Part shown: positions 41,859 through 52,487 of the stretch, piece after piece | How positions within the stretch are numbered: the first letter of the stretch is position 1 | Layout: each line of letters opens with the position of its first letter | Source: an uncultured delta proteobacterium | GTDB lineage: Bacteria > Desulfobacterota > Binatia > UBA9968 | Length of the DNA stretch: 64,000 bases | NCBI GenBank assembly: GCA_963811315.1 | Contig: CAWERH010000039.1 | Span: 4,501-68,500 of the forward strand | Direction of reading: 5' to 3' | Notes under the pieces: generated by a model | Database searches by the model: none | Seen by the model: the letters and a program-made list of their open reading frames with translations, nothing else | Told to the model about the DNA's origin: nothing | Translations under genes and position numbers: made by a program

Positions 41859-42189
41859 GAGGTCATAGGCCGATCGTGCTCCGCGCACAGCCGTCCACAA
41901 GAGAGTAATTTTCCGCCTGTCGTTTGAGCATCGTGTGAGCAACAAATAAGCATCGCGCAGGGCGAAAATACTTCGCTGAATTAACGTGCGTGTGAACGCA
42001 AATCTCATGGCATAAGCATTGCTGAGCTGGCTATATGAGCGCGCGAAGCAGACGACCGTGCGAAGGGCAGATGCGAGCTACTGGAAGGCATCAGGAATTG
42101 GCGAGTACATCTCTCTTAGCGTTCAGTTATTGCTGTGCGGATATGAGTTTCACAAAAAGCGGCGTTCGGAACATGAAAGGAGAAATGTC

Positions 42190-43242
42190 ATGAGTCGTCA
42201 GCAACCTTTGTCGAACTCGATCGGACCGGGTAATCGTTCTTTGGGTTTTGGCCTTCGCTCTGGTGTTTTGCGAGACTTTTGCCGGCGCCGTTTCGTCGGC
42301 TGCGGAGTCGATCGATCAGCTTTATGAGAAAGCGAAGAAAGAAGGAAAGGTCACGATCTATGCGCCGTTTTCTGCCCGAGCGATGACGGTGATTCCGGCG
42401 GGTTTCATGAAGAGATTTCCCGGCGTCACGGTGGACCATATAGACGGCACGACCGATGTTCTGATCGCGCGAGTCATGGCCGAGTCGAAGGGAGGGCGGG
42501 TCATTGCCGATGTTATGAGCGGCGCGCTGACCTATTTGCCGCAAATCCTCGACATGAAGATTTCGGCGCTCCGTAGAAGTACCCGAGGCTGCGTCCTATC
42601 CGGCCCAGTTGAAGGGCGACCTTTGGATCGCGACCGATACGCAATATTACATTGGCGGTTGGAACACCAATCTTGTCAAAAAGGGCGAGGAGCCAAAGAG
42701 CTATGAGGATCTTGGCGAACCCTAAGTGGAAGGATAGCCTCATGGGCGAGCCGCGCGATTTCCAAGTGCTCGTCGGCTTTGCCAAGCGCAAATTCCGCAG
42801 CGACGAAAAAGCAATCGATTTGTTCAAGAAGATCGCGGCTACTCAGGTCGAGTTTCACAGGGGGCATTCTCAGTTGGCCGAGTTTCTCGTGGCCGGCCAG
42901 CGCGCCGTTTGTTTTACTTGCTATGCGCACCATTTCCCGCCACGGGTGAAGCAAGGCGCGCCGATTCAAGCGTTGATGACCGAAGGCATCGGTGAAATCG
43001 GCGGCTCTGCGACCGTGCTAAAGGGCGCGCCGCATCCCAACGCCGCTTTGCTATGGGTTCGTTGGGCTGTCAGCGAAGAGGGACAAAAGGTTTATGCTCA
43101 AGCCGGAGAAACTCCCGCCCATCCCAAAGTGGAACCTTTGGAAAAAATCCGGCCGGCAACGGCGCATATGCTGACGATCGACGACGTTAAGGAATTTCCC
43201 AGGTATGAAAAAATCTGGAAGGAGATCTTTCAAATCCGTTGA
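42190..43242 (+). CDS. extracellular solute-binding protein family 1 (Fe3+-type); three frameshifts (near 42245, 42570 and 42715)
   Basis: MSRQQPLSNSIGPGNRSL | VLAFALVFCETFAGAVSSAAESIDQLYEKAKKEGKVTIY.. | ..VEVPEAASYPAQLKGDLWIATDTQYYIGGWNTN..SYEDL | ANPKWKDSLMGEP...IFQIR*. SD AAGGAG is present. Confidence 0.6.
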
Positions 43243-43340
43243 ATTACCCAGCGGCAAGCTGACAGATATCAGAGCCGATGGAATTCGTCCCAAAGCCGTC
43301 GCTCTCCGAATGTCTCAATCAGGGACAGTTCGAGTCTAGC

Positions 43341-43372
43341 CTGGATTCCCGCTTAAAGCATGCGGGAATGAC
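43341..43372. repeat. partial MITE/REP-like arm (..GCGGGAATGAC) with a TCCCGC..GCGGGA hairpin
   Basis: ctggattcccgcttaaagcatgcgggaatgacg. Confidence 0.3.
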
Positions 43373-43495
43373 GACCTTCGGATAGATGTGCCCCTGTTTG
43401 TGAAGCCCGAGTTCTAACGTACTAAGGAAGCAGTTGCGGCGCATCGGCATGATTGAGCCGACGCGCCGCAAGCAGAAGAGCTGTCGATCGGATTA

Positions 43496-44479
43496 CTAAG
43501 CCTGTTGCACCGCCGCAAGTTTCCAAGAGTTCGGTCCGACGGGACGGGTGAAAGTCCAGTATTCTTCGAACTCGATGGGATCGGAGTTGCTGCCGGTGAC
43601 TACGGCGCCTGTCTTGGCGTCGACCGTGTAATCGAGCAGGTTGGCGCGCAACCGGACGGTGATGAAGTCGTTGCCGCTTTCGGTCCACACTTCGGTGATG
43701 TCGCTGTCGCGCAGGGCGATATTCTCCATGCGATTTTGCTGGCCGCGCGCGCGCAGATGGTCGAGCTCTTCCTGCCAGGTTTGCATCAGCTCGGCGCCGC
43801 AAAAAGTGCTTAGCGCCGCGGTGTCCTGCTTGTTCCATGCGCCCTGCACTTTGAAGAAAGTATCTTGAGCGCTTTTTAGAAAGCGATCCGGCTCGAAGCT
43901 GCGATCCATCATTGTCAATGATCGATAGTCAACCGGGTCGTTTGCCAGTTGCGCTTCTTGGACCGGTTCGCTCGCCGACGCATACTGCATGGACGGCTGG
44001 GTATTCTGATATTGCATCGAGCCGAATCCGGACGCGACGGCGGGCCTGCGAAAAAACTTACGATAGAGGAAATACCCCAAACCGCCGAGCAATAAAATCT
44101 CCATCATGCCGAATCCGCTCCCGCCAAGCCCCCCAGGGCCGCCGAAGCCGCCGAAGGCATTAGCGACGCCCGAGAAGAGCATCGAGCCCAAAAATCCCCC
44201 AAGAATAGCCGTGCCTATGCCGCGCATGAAACCGCCCGATTGCGCTCCAAACATGCCCCCGGGTTGCTGGGGCGGTGGGGTTTCCCGGCGCGCTTGAGAC
44301 GGGCTAGACGGTTGGGTCGGCCGGGCTGGCGCCTGGTAACTCCGGGAACCGCGGAAACCGCCTGAGCGGCCGCCGCCGGCGCGGGCATCGGCGTAGCTTT
44401 CCAGAACAATTTGCGAAAGCCCGAGCACTGCGAAAAGGCTGATCGCGGTCAAAACTGATGTACGTTTTGATATCGTCAT
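43496..44479 (-). CDS. Tim44-like domain membrane-associated protein with a Gly-rich low-complexity N-terminal region
   Basis: 327 aa with signal/TM, GGFGGPGGLGGSGFG and a TM segment, then a C-terminal ..FDPDRFLKSAQDTFFKVQGAWNKQD...TFTRP domain typical of Tim44-like (PF04280) proteins. Confidence 0.7.
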   Translation of the reverse strand: MTISKRTSVLTAISLFAVLGLSQIVLESYADARAGGGRSGGFRGSRSYQAPARPTQPSSPSQARRETPPPQQPGGMFGAQSGGFMRGIGTAILGGFLGSMLFSGVANAFGGFGGPGGLGGSGFGMMEILLLGGLGYFLYRKFFRRPAVASGFGSMQYQNTQPSMQYASASEPVQEAQLANDPVDYRSLTMMDRSFEPDRFLKSAQDTFFKVQGAWNKQDTAALSTFCGAELMQTWQEELDHLRARGQQNRMENIALRDSDITEVWTESGNDFITVRLRANLLDYTVDAKTGAVVTGSNSDPIEFEEYWTFTRPVGPNSWKLAAVQQA

Positions 44480-44848
44480 AAGAACTTTGCCTCCTTAGAC
44501 TAGCATTCGAAGTCTAGGCTGGAAAAAGCTAATGTCAATAGCAACGTCAAATGTGGGTTAGATAAGCAGAATCTGACAGAAGTGAACGGAGGCGACAACA
44601 TTAGGGTTACCCTCCCTAGCTGACATCTTGGGGTTGCTATGATCCAATAAATACTCTGCACCTACAGTATAGCTTTTTCGATTGACAGCGCTAACGCACG
44701 GTTGTTATGTACCCAATTCGTAGCCGGTGCGTAGATTGGTCAATGTACATTTTGGGTATGTCGGTTAACGCCGCGCTTGTCCACGGGATGAGAAAATAAT
44801 TGCTGCGTGAATGACAGCGACGCGGCAAGGCAAGAGGATCGGTTTTCC

Positions 44849-45703
44849 ATGACACAACTTTCATTGACTTGGCCCAACAATGCGCGGGTGGCATTTGTGC
44901 TCGGTATCGCCTTCGAGGCCTGGGATAGAAGCAAACCATCGCAAGGCGGTGCTCTGCAATCGCCGCTGCCGAAAGACGCCCTGTGGAAATGGGACTGGTC
45001 GACGGAAACTTTCCGTGACTTCGGGCCGAAAGTGGGGCTCAAGAGGCTGCTCGATATTTGCGATAAATATGATTTGAAAGTGAGCGTGCCGTTAAATGGC
45101 CTGTCGTGCGTTTATTATCCCGAACTGGTCAAATATGCTCACGAGCGCGGCCATGAATTGGTCGCGCACGGGTGGGATCAGGGCGAGCGGCTGTACATGC
45201 TGACACGGGAGCAGGAACGGGAGAATATTCTCAAGACCATCGATGCCATCGTAAAAGTCACCGGCGAGCGACCGACGGGGTGGTCCTCACCCGGCGTGCG
45301 TCCGACCGACAATACGATCGAGCTGGTTCTCGAAGCGGGACTGGAATATCACTGTGACTTTCATGACGACGAAATGCCTTATCCGATCTGGGTCAAAGAC
45401 AAGCTCCTGATCGAGTTCCCGCATCAATATACGATCAACGATCATCGCATGCAGGAAGAGGGAACGCGCCACGAGTTTTTCGAGAAGTTCAAGGATGAAT
45501 TCGACTACCGCTATAAAATCGGCGGCGATAATCCGACGATGATGAACGTGATCACCCATGCCTATTTAAGCTCGCGCATCCCGCTCATCGATACCTTCGA
45601 GCAGATTATCACCTACGCCACCAGCCACAAAGATGTCTGGCTGGCCCGTCGCGGCGACGTCGCGGCGTGGGCGCGGAAACAGATATTAGCAAACCGAACA
45701 TAG
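44849..45703 (+). CDS. polysaccharide deacetylase (NodB-homology, PuuE-like) family protein
   Basis: MTQLSLTWPNNARVAFVLGIAFEAW...VPLNGLSCVYYPELVKYAHERGHELVAHGWDQGE..DFHDDEMPYPIWV.. An alternative upstream ATG is at 44807. Confidence 0.75.
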   Translation: MTQLSLTWPNNARVAFVLGIAFEAWDRSKPSQGGALQSPLPKDALWKWDWSTETFRDFGPKVGLKRLLDICDKYDLKVSVPLNGLSCVYYPELVKYAHERGHELVAHGWDQGERLYMLTREQERENILKTIDAIVKVTGERPTGWSSPGVRPTDNTIELVLEAGLEYHCDFHDDEMPYPIWVKDKLLIEFPHQYTINDHRMQEEGTRHEFFEKFKDEFDYRYKIGGDNPTMMNVITHAYLSSRIPLIDTFEQIITYATSHKDVWLARRGDVAAWARKQILANRT

Positions 45704-45744
45704 CAGCTGAGTTAGCAGCGGTCATTTGCCATCGGCAGCCGCCA

Positions 45745-45800
45745 AATCACTTTTTCGTTCCAGCCGTTCAAAACGTTCCAATCGTTCCAGTTGTTTCGGA
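45745..45800. repeat. GTTCCA/GTTCAAAACG-type tandem units ending in the CCAGTT-GTTTCGG-AACTGG hairpin
   Basis: ccagccgttcaaaacgttccaatcgttccagttgtttcggaactgg after the stop at 45703. Confidence 0.4.
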
Positions 45801-45821
45801 ACTGGGCGCGCCAAGTCTCGG

Positions 45822-46793
45822 TCACTTGACCCAGAGATTGTTTAGGTCGCCGATGTTCGGCAATAGGCCGAGCGATATCCCGGACTGCAAAATTTTATTT
45901 TGCGATTGAAAAAAGGCCTCGCCCCATTTGTCGGCGAAGTTGGCTTTATTTTGCTTGATGCCGGCGGCGATTTCCTCCGGGGTGCTTAGGTTAAATAGCT
46001 CTTTGGATTTCGATTTGAAAAAATCTTCGTCCTGGCCGGCCTTGATCATCTGCACCGCGTCCGCATAGGCGCTCCTGATGGCTTTGACGATTTGCGGCTG
46101 TTTGTCGATGGTTTCCTTGAGCATGCCGACCGTCGACTTGAGCGGCGGCGCGCCGAAGATCTGCTCGAGCTCGATGTCGAAGTCGAGAAGCACGCGATAT
46201 CTGCCGGACATCACGAGCCGCGTTGTGTGCGGTTCGAACATGTTGATCGCTTCAACTTCGCCGCGCTCCAGCAACGCAATCAACGCGCCGGTTTCGGCGG
46301 GAACGTTTTGGAAGTCTTTTTCGATGTCGAGCTTTCTTTCCTTGGCGATCACCGCGGAAAAAAAGTAGGCGCCGGTGACCCGCGCGAAGTTGCCGATCTT
46401 CTTGCCTTTGAGATCACCGAGGCTTTTATACGGCGCGTCTTTTTTAATCAGCCACGAATTGCCGGACCAGATCTGCGGCGCGATCAAGCGTATGTCGGCG
46501 CCGCTCTTGACCAGGTTGACCGCCGTGCTGGGCTGCATGGCGCTGGCTATGGTGCGGCCGAGCTTGACCGCATTGGCCGCTTCGGTGAAGTCCATCATCA
46601 TGTTGGTGATCTTGAGGCCGTACTTGGTATCGAGTCCTTTGTTCTCAATCAGCGCAGCGATGTAACCGGATTGACCGGAGGCGCTGGTGGCAATGTTGAT
46701 GGGTTGCAAGGCTTGGCCGGCTTGGGCCGTGCCGCATAGTCCGGCGGCGGCAAAAAACCCACTGATTAGCCCGAGCAAAGTTCTCATCTTCAT
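45822..46793 (-). CDS. ABC transporter substrate-binding protein (NitT/TauT/SsuA family)
   Basis: 323 aa with signal peptide MKMRTLLGLISGFFAAAGLCGTAQA. Its ATG overlaps the stop of the ATPase gene (ATGA). Confidence 0.85.
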   Translation of the reverse strand: MKMRTLLGLISGFFAAAGLCGTAQAGQALQPINIATSASGQSGYIAALIENKGLDTKYGLKITNMMMDFTEAANAVKLGRTIASAMQPSTAVNLVKSGADIRLIAPQIWSGNSWLIKKDAPYKSLGDLKGKKIGNFARVTGAYFFSAVIAKERKLDIEKDFQNVPAETGALIALLERGEVEAINMFEPHTTRLVMSGRYRVLLDFDIELEQIFGAPPLKSTVGMLKETIDKQPQIVKAIRSAYADAVQMIKAGQDEDFFKSKSKELFNLSTPEEIAAGIKQNKANFADKWGEAFFQSQNKILQSGISLGLLPNIGDLNNLWVK

Positions 46794-47551
46794 GACTCTC
46801 CGTCCTCCTTCAACGTGACCTTGGTCTCCAACTCTGCGGCGAAATTATAAATCTCCGGGCCCCAATGCCGCGGCGTCGGCAGCGGATTGGCCACGTAGGC
46901 GTCGAGCGTCGCCGGCCGGCGCGTCAGCGTGACGACGAAGTCGCTCATATACGCGGCTTCCGCGAGATTGTGCGTGACGAACAACACGGTGCGATGCAAT
47001 TGTTCACACAAGCGCCGCGTGGTTTGACGCAGCTGGCGCGCGGTCAGCTCGTCGACACTGGCGAAGGGCTCGTCCATCAACACCAGATCCGATTCGACGG
47101 CCAAAGCGCGAGCCAAACCGACGCGCTGGCGCTGCCCGCCGGAGAGATAAAGCGGATATTGATTGATGTATTCGTCGAGCCCGACCAATTGCAGGTAGTG
47201 CTCCACGCGCTTCTTCCATTGCGCCTGCGGCACGTCGGCGCCTTTGAGCGCCAGACACAAGTTCTCGCCAATGGTTTTCCATGGCAACAAGCGCGGGCTT
47301 TGAAATACGTAGCCGATCAATGGGCGCTGCTGCACCTGGCCGTTGTTTGAATAGCGCAACTCACCGCGGTCGAGCGCTTCGAGCCCGACGATGGAGTTGA
47401 GCAGCGTCGATTTGCCGCAGCCCGACGGACCGATCAATACGGTAACCGAACCCGCGCGCGCTTCGAACGATAGCCGATCGATGACCTTGAACGGCTGTCC
47501 ATCTTCGCGGCGGAACCATTTTTCCGCGTCTTTGACGACGAGTTCGGCCAC
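46790..47551 (-). CDS. ABC transporter ATP-binding protein (NitT/TauT family)
   Basis: Walker A GPSGCGKST, signature LSGGQRQRV and Walker B LVLMDEPF. Confidence 0.9.
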   Translation of the reverse strand: MAELVVKDAEKWFRREDGQPFKVIDRLSFEARAGSVTVLIGPSGCGKSTLLNSIVGLEALDRGELRYSNNGQVQQRPLIGYVFQSPRLLPWKTIGENLCLALKGADVPQAQWKKRVEHYLQLVGLDEYINQYPLYLSGGQRQRVGLARALAVESDLVLMDEPFASVDELTARQLRQTTRRLCEQLHRTVLFVTHNLAEAAYMSDFVVTLTRRPATLDAYVANPLPTPRHWGPEIYNFAAELETKVTLKEDGES

Positions 47552-48415
47552 TCAGCGTCTCCACACATCGATCTTCGGCCGCCACGCGGTGAGCCGGCGT
47601 TCGGCGAAGTTGATGATGCCGTATTCGATGACGATCATCGCGACGACGAAAGTAAGCGTCCAGGCGATGACCCCTTCCATGTTGAAGACTTGATAGGATT
47701 TCATGACCTGATAACCGACGCCGTTGCTGGTGCCGAACATTTCGACAACTACGACGACTTTCCAGGCGAGTCCGAGACCGTAGCGGGTGGCGGCGAAAAT
47801 ATTGGGCACGAGCTGGGGCAGGATCACCTGCGAAATCTTCATCCATTTGGTGAAGTGAAACACATGGCTCATGTCCATCAGCTCTTTGTCGAGGGACTTT
47901 ACGCCGGCCCAGATATTGATGACCAGCATCGGAAAGATGGTCACGGTGACGGCGAAGTACGGCGAGAATTCGTTGATGCCGAACAGCATCACCGCGATCA
48001 GCGCCCACATGAGCCCCGGGATCGTCAAGCCGAGCACGACGAGAGGCTGAAAAAATCGTTCGCCCATGACCACGGTGCCCATGTAGATCCCGACACCGAT
48101 GCTGAAAAACATGGCGATCACCGAGCCGACAAAAACCCGTCGCAGGCTCTGAACCATGTGAAAGAAAAACGTGCCGTCGGTAACCAGTCGAATCGCTTCA
48201 TTGACGGTGCTGGCTGGGCTAGGCAACAAACGCGGATAGATCAGATAGAGCAGCCACCAAATTGCGCCGACGCTCGTCACCGCGAGCAAGGGCGGGAGGC
48301 CGCGCAGCGCGAGCTCATAGAGGAAGGATCCGCCATGTCCCGGAAATTCGTCGGCGTGATTGATGCCCGAAGGCTGTCCGGTCAGCGCCGCTTGATGATG
48401 ATGATCCAACGCCAC
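47552..48415 (-). CDS. ABC transporter permease (BPD_transp_1, SsuC/TauC-like)
   Basis: Six predicted TM helices. It directly abuts the ATPase start, and the three genes together form the only complete transporter operon in the window. Confidence 0.8.
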   Translation of the reverse strand: MALDHHHQAALTGQPSGINHADEFPGHGGSFLYELALRGLPPLLAVTSVGAIWWLLYLIYPRLLPSPASTVNEAIRLVTDGTFFFHMVQSLRRVFVGSVIAMFFSIGVGIYMGTVVMGERFFQPLVVLGLTIPGLMWALIAVMLFGINEFSPYFAVTVTIFPMLVINIWAGVKSLDKELMDMSHVFHFTKWMKISQVILPQLVPNIFAATRYGLGLAWKVVVVVEMFGTSNGVGYQVMKSYQVFNMEGVIAWTLTFVVAMIVIEYGIINFAERRLTAWRPKIDVWRR

Positions 48416-48555
48416 AAAATCATTACTGCAACAGAACCGGGAGCGCTGTCAATGCGAAGCGGCTTCAGTTTAGCGCCGCTTGTCGTTGACTTGAAGCTTT
48501 TGCTTCGATTACGCTCTCGGTCGTTGCACGAGCCAAATTGTCGGAGGTGACGGTT

Positions 48556-49678
48556 ATGGCGAATTCGAACAATCCTTTCGGGCCGCGGCCGATGAATGAA
48601 GTGAAAGAAGAGTTGCTCGGCCGCGCCAAGGAAAATCGCAATCCGTTTCTCTACACGATCTTCGAGGAAGTCGCGCCGGTGATCGCGGGGCTCGATTCTG
48701 TCGATCGCGAAGCTTGGGCGCGCGGGTTCAGCGCGCTGGCGGCGCCGCATGAAGAACGCGCGGCGAAAGCGGCAGCGGCGGGGGACACAGACACCGCGCG
48801 AAGAGAATATTTGGTCGCGTACGATTGTCATCATGTCGCGCGCTATCCAGCGCCCAACTCGCCGGGCAAGTTGGCGGCCTATAGAAAGTCCCAGGAAAAT
48901 TTTCTCAAAGCAGCGCGCTATTTCGATCCGCCGCTGGAGCGGGTCGACATGCCGTTCAACGGAAAATCGGCTGAAGGCAAAGTTTCCGTTGGCCTATTGC
49001 GCAAACCGAAAGGCGCGACGCAAGCCGCCGGTCGTGGTGCTTTGGGGCGGCATCGACGCGTTCAAGGAAGAGCGGCCGAGCGATCGTTATCTGCAAGCGG
49101 GAATGGCAACGCTCGCCATCGATATGCCGGGCGTGGCGGATGCCCCACTGGCGGGCTCAGAGAACGGCGAGCGGCTGTGGGATGCGGTCTTCGACTATAT
49201 CGCCGGGCGCGCCGATTTAGACGTTGGCCGGGTTGGCCTGCACGGTGGCAGCACCGGCGGTTACTGGGCAACCAAGGTCGCGCACACGCACGCCAACCGG
49301 CTGCGCGCGGCGGTCAATCAGGGAGGGCCGGCGCACTTCGCTTTTCAGGCGGATTGGATCATCAAGGCGCAGCGCGGCGAATATCCCTTCGAGCTCGCCG
49401 AAACCTTGGCGTGCGCGTTTGGCCGCTCCAGCGGCGAAGAGTGGATCGAGTACGCGCCTAAACTATCGCTCCTGATCAAGGAATTCTCGATCGGCCGTGC
49501 GCGCCGCTGCTGTGCGTCAACGGCGTCAACGATAGCGTGTTTCCGATCGCCGATATGCATCTCTTGCTCGAACACGGCAGTCCAAAGGCCGCGCGTTTCT
49601 ATCCCGGCGGCCACATGGGTGGCGGCGATTCACAATCGGTGATTGTCGCGTGGTTGAAGGAGAGATTGTCGGCGTGAT
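48556..49678 (+). CDS. alpha/beta hydrolase, FrsA/DUF1100-like esterase; two frameshifts (near 49010 and 49500)
   Basis: ATG 48556 after SD GGAGG: MANSNNPFGPRPMNEVKEELLGRAKENRNPFLY.. | ..PPVVVLWGGIDAFKEERPSD..VGLHGGSTGGYWA (GxSxG).. | ..PLLCVNGVNDSVFPIADMHLLLEHGSPKAARFYPGGHMGGG.. Confidence 0.7.
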
Positions 49679-49716
49679 CGCGGCGGACAAAATTCTTCTT
49701 GTACGTTTATTGGGAT

Positions 49717-49804
49717 GTCATCCTGAGCCGCAGGCGAAGGATCTGCTTCTGAGATAGAAAGACGCGAAAGCAGATTCTTCGTCGCGCGGCTCCTCAGAAT
49801 GACA
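49717..49804. repeat. MITE/REP-like hairpin, full copy (GTCATCCTGAGCCGCAGGCGAAGGATCTGC...GCAGATTCTTCGTCGCGCGGCTCCTCAGAATGAC)
   Basis: ~88-nt imperfect inverted repeat. The 3' flank gaatgacaccgtctatg..aaatgat is shared with the copy at 52488-52590. Confidence 0.55.
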
Positions 49805-49859
49805 CCGTCTATGTTGAAATGATGCGTGGGGTCACAGCGTGATGCGTGCGGAGTAGTGA

Positions 49860-50336
49860 TTACTTGCGCTGCAGACGGTCGAGGTTTTGCTGGGTTTGAT
49901 TGCGGCGGATTTGGTCTTGCAGGGAATCGATTCGCTGCTGGCGCTGCAAATTGTCAATTTGCTGTTGCTGGCGCACCGGATTCGACTCGCGCTGGATACG
50001 ATTGATCTGCTGGTCAGTCTGTAAGCGCTCGAGCTGCTGATCGTTTCTGTTCTGATCGAGGTCGCGCTGAATCTGTCCGGCTTGTGGTTGTGACTGAGAT
50101 GGTTCGCTCTTCTGGTTTTTGATTTGATCGAGTTGTTGCTGCTGCCGCTGGCTTTCCTGGTCGCGCTTGAGATTTTCGATCTGTTCCTGGCGCTGCGCCG
50201 CTTTGGCTTTCTCTTCCTGGCGCGCTTTGGCTTGCTCCTTCAATATTTGTTCGACCTGGTCCGTGGCAGCCGACGCGTTCACAGCGAACAGTACGATAAA
50301 AAGCGCGCTGGCGGCTGCTGTCGCAACGAATCTCAT
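49860..50336 (-). CDS. secreted Gln/Arg-rich low-complexity (coiled-coil-like) protein
   Basis: MRFVATAAASALFIVLFAVNASAATDQ (signal peptide), then ~130 aa of QxxQxQRxQ periodic repeats (..QQQQLDQIKNQ..QIQRDLDQNRNDQQLERLQTDQQINRIQRE..). Confidence 0.5.
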   Translation of the reverse strand: MRFVATAAASALFIVLFAVNASAATDQVEQILKEQAKARQEEKAKAAQRQEQIENLKRDQESQRQQQQLDQIKNQKSEPSQSQPQAGQIQRDLDQNRNDQQLERLQTDQQINRIQRESNPVRQQQQIDNLQRQQRIDSLQDQIRRNQTQQNLDRLQRK

Positions 50337-50353
50337 ACAATTATCAAAGCAAA

Positions 50354-51294
50354 CTAACGGGGTGATGGCAACATCGAGAAGTCTACTAATTTCTCGGGGT
50401 CAAGATTCTCCGGGAGCGGCCGCTCGTCACGCAGGAGCGCTAGGTAGCCGCGCACTTTTTTCAAGTCGATGGCGCCGTTGGGCGAAAGAATGCCCATGAT
50501 CGTTTCGTAGGATCTGTCTGCTTCGCTGCGGCTGATCTTAAAGCGTACCTCAATCATCCGGACGGTCTCGGCGCGGTTGGCGCGTTGCCAAGCGATGGCG
50601 TCCATGACCGCGGCGATGGTCTTTCGAATCCGCTCTCGATTGTTGCGAATCTCGTTCTGAGAGGTGAACAAGCCGACGTAGGGAATATCCGCCAAGTCAC
50701 CGAGAAAGAGGAATTTCTTGTAGCCCAGGGATACTGCCTTCTCGTCAAACGGCGGGCTCAGGACCGCGCCAACCACTTGATTGCTCGTCAGCGTCGCGAA
50801 GCTGTTGGCCGTTCCACCGGTGGTGAGAAGACCGACCTGCTTTTCGTCCAAGCCAAGCTTCTTTAATCCGGCGCGCGCGAAATAATACGGCGAAGAACGG
50901 ATGTCTGAGATGGCAATTTTCTTGCCCACCAAATCTCGAGCGCTGGAAATCTCCGCATTGGTGACCAATACCCACGGCGTGTCTCATAGAGTGACAGAAC
51001 GACTACGAGCGGCAGGCCCGCCACCGCCGCGTTGATTGCGGCTTGGGGTGAAGTGAAGAAATGGATGTTGCCGTTCATTACCGCCTGCGGGCCGATGGCG
51101 CTGCGCATCTGGATATAGTCGACGTCCAAGCCCGCTCTCGTGAAAAAGCCCTGTTCCTTCGCGACCTCGAAAGGGAGCGTGGAGACCGCCGAAGAGGGAT
51201 AGCCGATACGAACCTTTTGTGCCGGATCAGCAGGCCAGGCGACGCGCGCACTAAGGACAGAGGCGATTGTTAAGATCAGCGTCAAGGATTTCAT
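50354..51294 (-). CDS. NMT1/SsuA-like periplasmic substrate-binding protein; frameshift near 50965-50990
   Basis: MKSLTLILTIASVLSARVAWPADPAQKVRIGYPSS..VVLSLYETR | ..VTNAEISSARDLVGKKIAISDIRSSPYYF... It lies 25 nt downstream of amidohydrolase 51319-52452 on the same strand. Confidence 0.75.
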
Positions 51295-51318
51295 GGGCCT
51301 GACGATTTTGCCGGATTA

Positions 51319-52452
51319 TTACATTCCCGTCATTCCGTAATAGGTTGCGCAGTTGTCCCAGAGAATCTTTCGCTTGTCCTCGTCGGTGATTGGCAGTTGC
51401 AAGAAGCGCTCGACCGCTCTCGGATATTTCGTATCGACATGGGGAAAGTCCGTGGAGAAGACCAAGCGCTCGTTGCCGCAGAAATCGATCGCGTATTTCA
51501 CCGGATCTTCGTCGCATTCCACCGAGGCATAGCATTGCCGTTTGAAATAGTAACTTGGCGGGTTTTTGAGCTGCGGCGCCCACTGGTCGCCGTAAAGCTC
51601 CCAATGTTCATCGAGACGCCACATGAGAAAGGGCAGCCAGCCGCAGTTGCCTTCGAGAAACGCCACCCGCAGTTTCGGATGACGGTCTAAGATTCCGCCG
51701 CCGCAGAAGCTTCCGACCGCAAGCATTTGTTCCACGGGATGGGAAAAGGTATGGCGCAGCATGAAATCGTAACCGAATTGCTCGCCGACCTGGCGCGCCG
51801 CCGAGTTGTTGGACTCATGGAAGCCGAGCGGCACTCCGAGATCTTCGAGCGCGGACCAGAGCGGCTCATAGTACGGCTCGTGCCAGTTGTGGCCGTTGAC
51901 GATGTTGGCGCGCAGAAAGATCGCGCGAAAACCCAACTGTTCGACGCAGCGGCGCGTCTCGGCGATCGCATCGTCGATGTTGAAGGGCGATACCATGCCG
52001 GCGCCGATGAGCTTGCGCGGATCCGCTTGGCAGAATTCATAGAGCCAGTCGTTGTAGGCGCGCGCCAGCGCGGCGGCGAATTCGCCGTCCAAATCCGGGA
52101 TACTGAGCACGTTCAGCCCGCGGCTCGGATAGAGAATCGCCAGATCGATTCCTTCCTCCGCCATTGCGTCGAGCTGCACTTGCGGCGACCAGCCGCGCTC
52201 ATTGTGAGTCTTAAAAAGTTTCTGGTTTTTGTGAAAAATATGTCCCGGCGGGGGAAGTGTTCCCGGAGGCGGGTCGACGGGGCGGCCCCAGGCTCTGCCG
52301 TCGGGACCGATCATGCGAAGGTCGCGCACATGGTCGGTCGTGCCGATGGGCGCGAGATGTTTAAATCTCTTGTCGATGTAGCGCGGCCAAAGATCGGCCG
52401 GCTCGAGGATGTGCATGTCGCTGTCGAGAACTTTGAAACCGTTGTTGGCCAT
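51319..52452 (-). CDS. amidohydrolase-2 family protein
   Basis: MANNGFKVLDSDMHILEPADLW...LGFHESNNS...VFSTDFPHVD.. ATG 52450-52452 after SD GGAGG. Confidence 0.85.
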   Translation of the reverse strand: MANNGFKVLDSDMHILEPADLWPRYIDKRFKHLAPIGTTDHVRDLRMIGPDGRAWGRPVDPPPGTLPPPGHIFHKNQKLFKTHNERGWSPQVQLDAMAEEGIDLAILYPSRGLNVLSIPDLDGEFAAALARAYNDWLYEFCQADPRKLIGAGMVSPFNIDDAIAETRRCVEQLGFRAIFLRANIVNGHNWHEPYYEPLWSALEDLGVPLGFHESNNSAARQVGEQFGYDFMLRHTFSHPVEQMLAVGSFCGGGILDRHPKLRVAFLEGNCGWLPFLMWRLDEHWELYGDQWAPQLKNPPSYYFKRQCYASVECDEDPVKYAIDFCGNERLVFSTDFPHVDTKYPRAVERFLQLPITDEDKRKILWDNCATYYGMTGM

Positions 52453-52487
52453 AGATCCTCCTACCCGAATAAAAAACCCCATGCATG

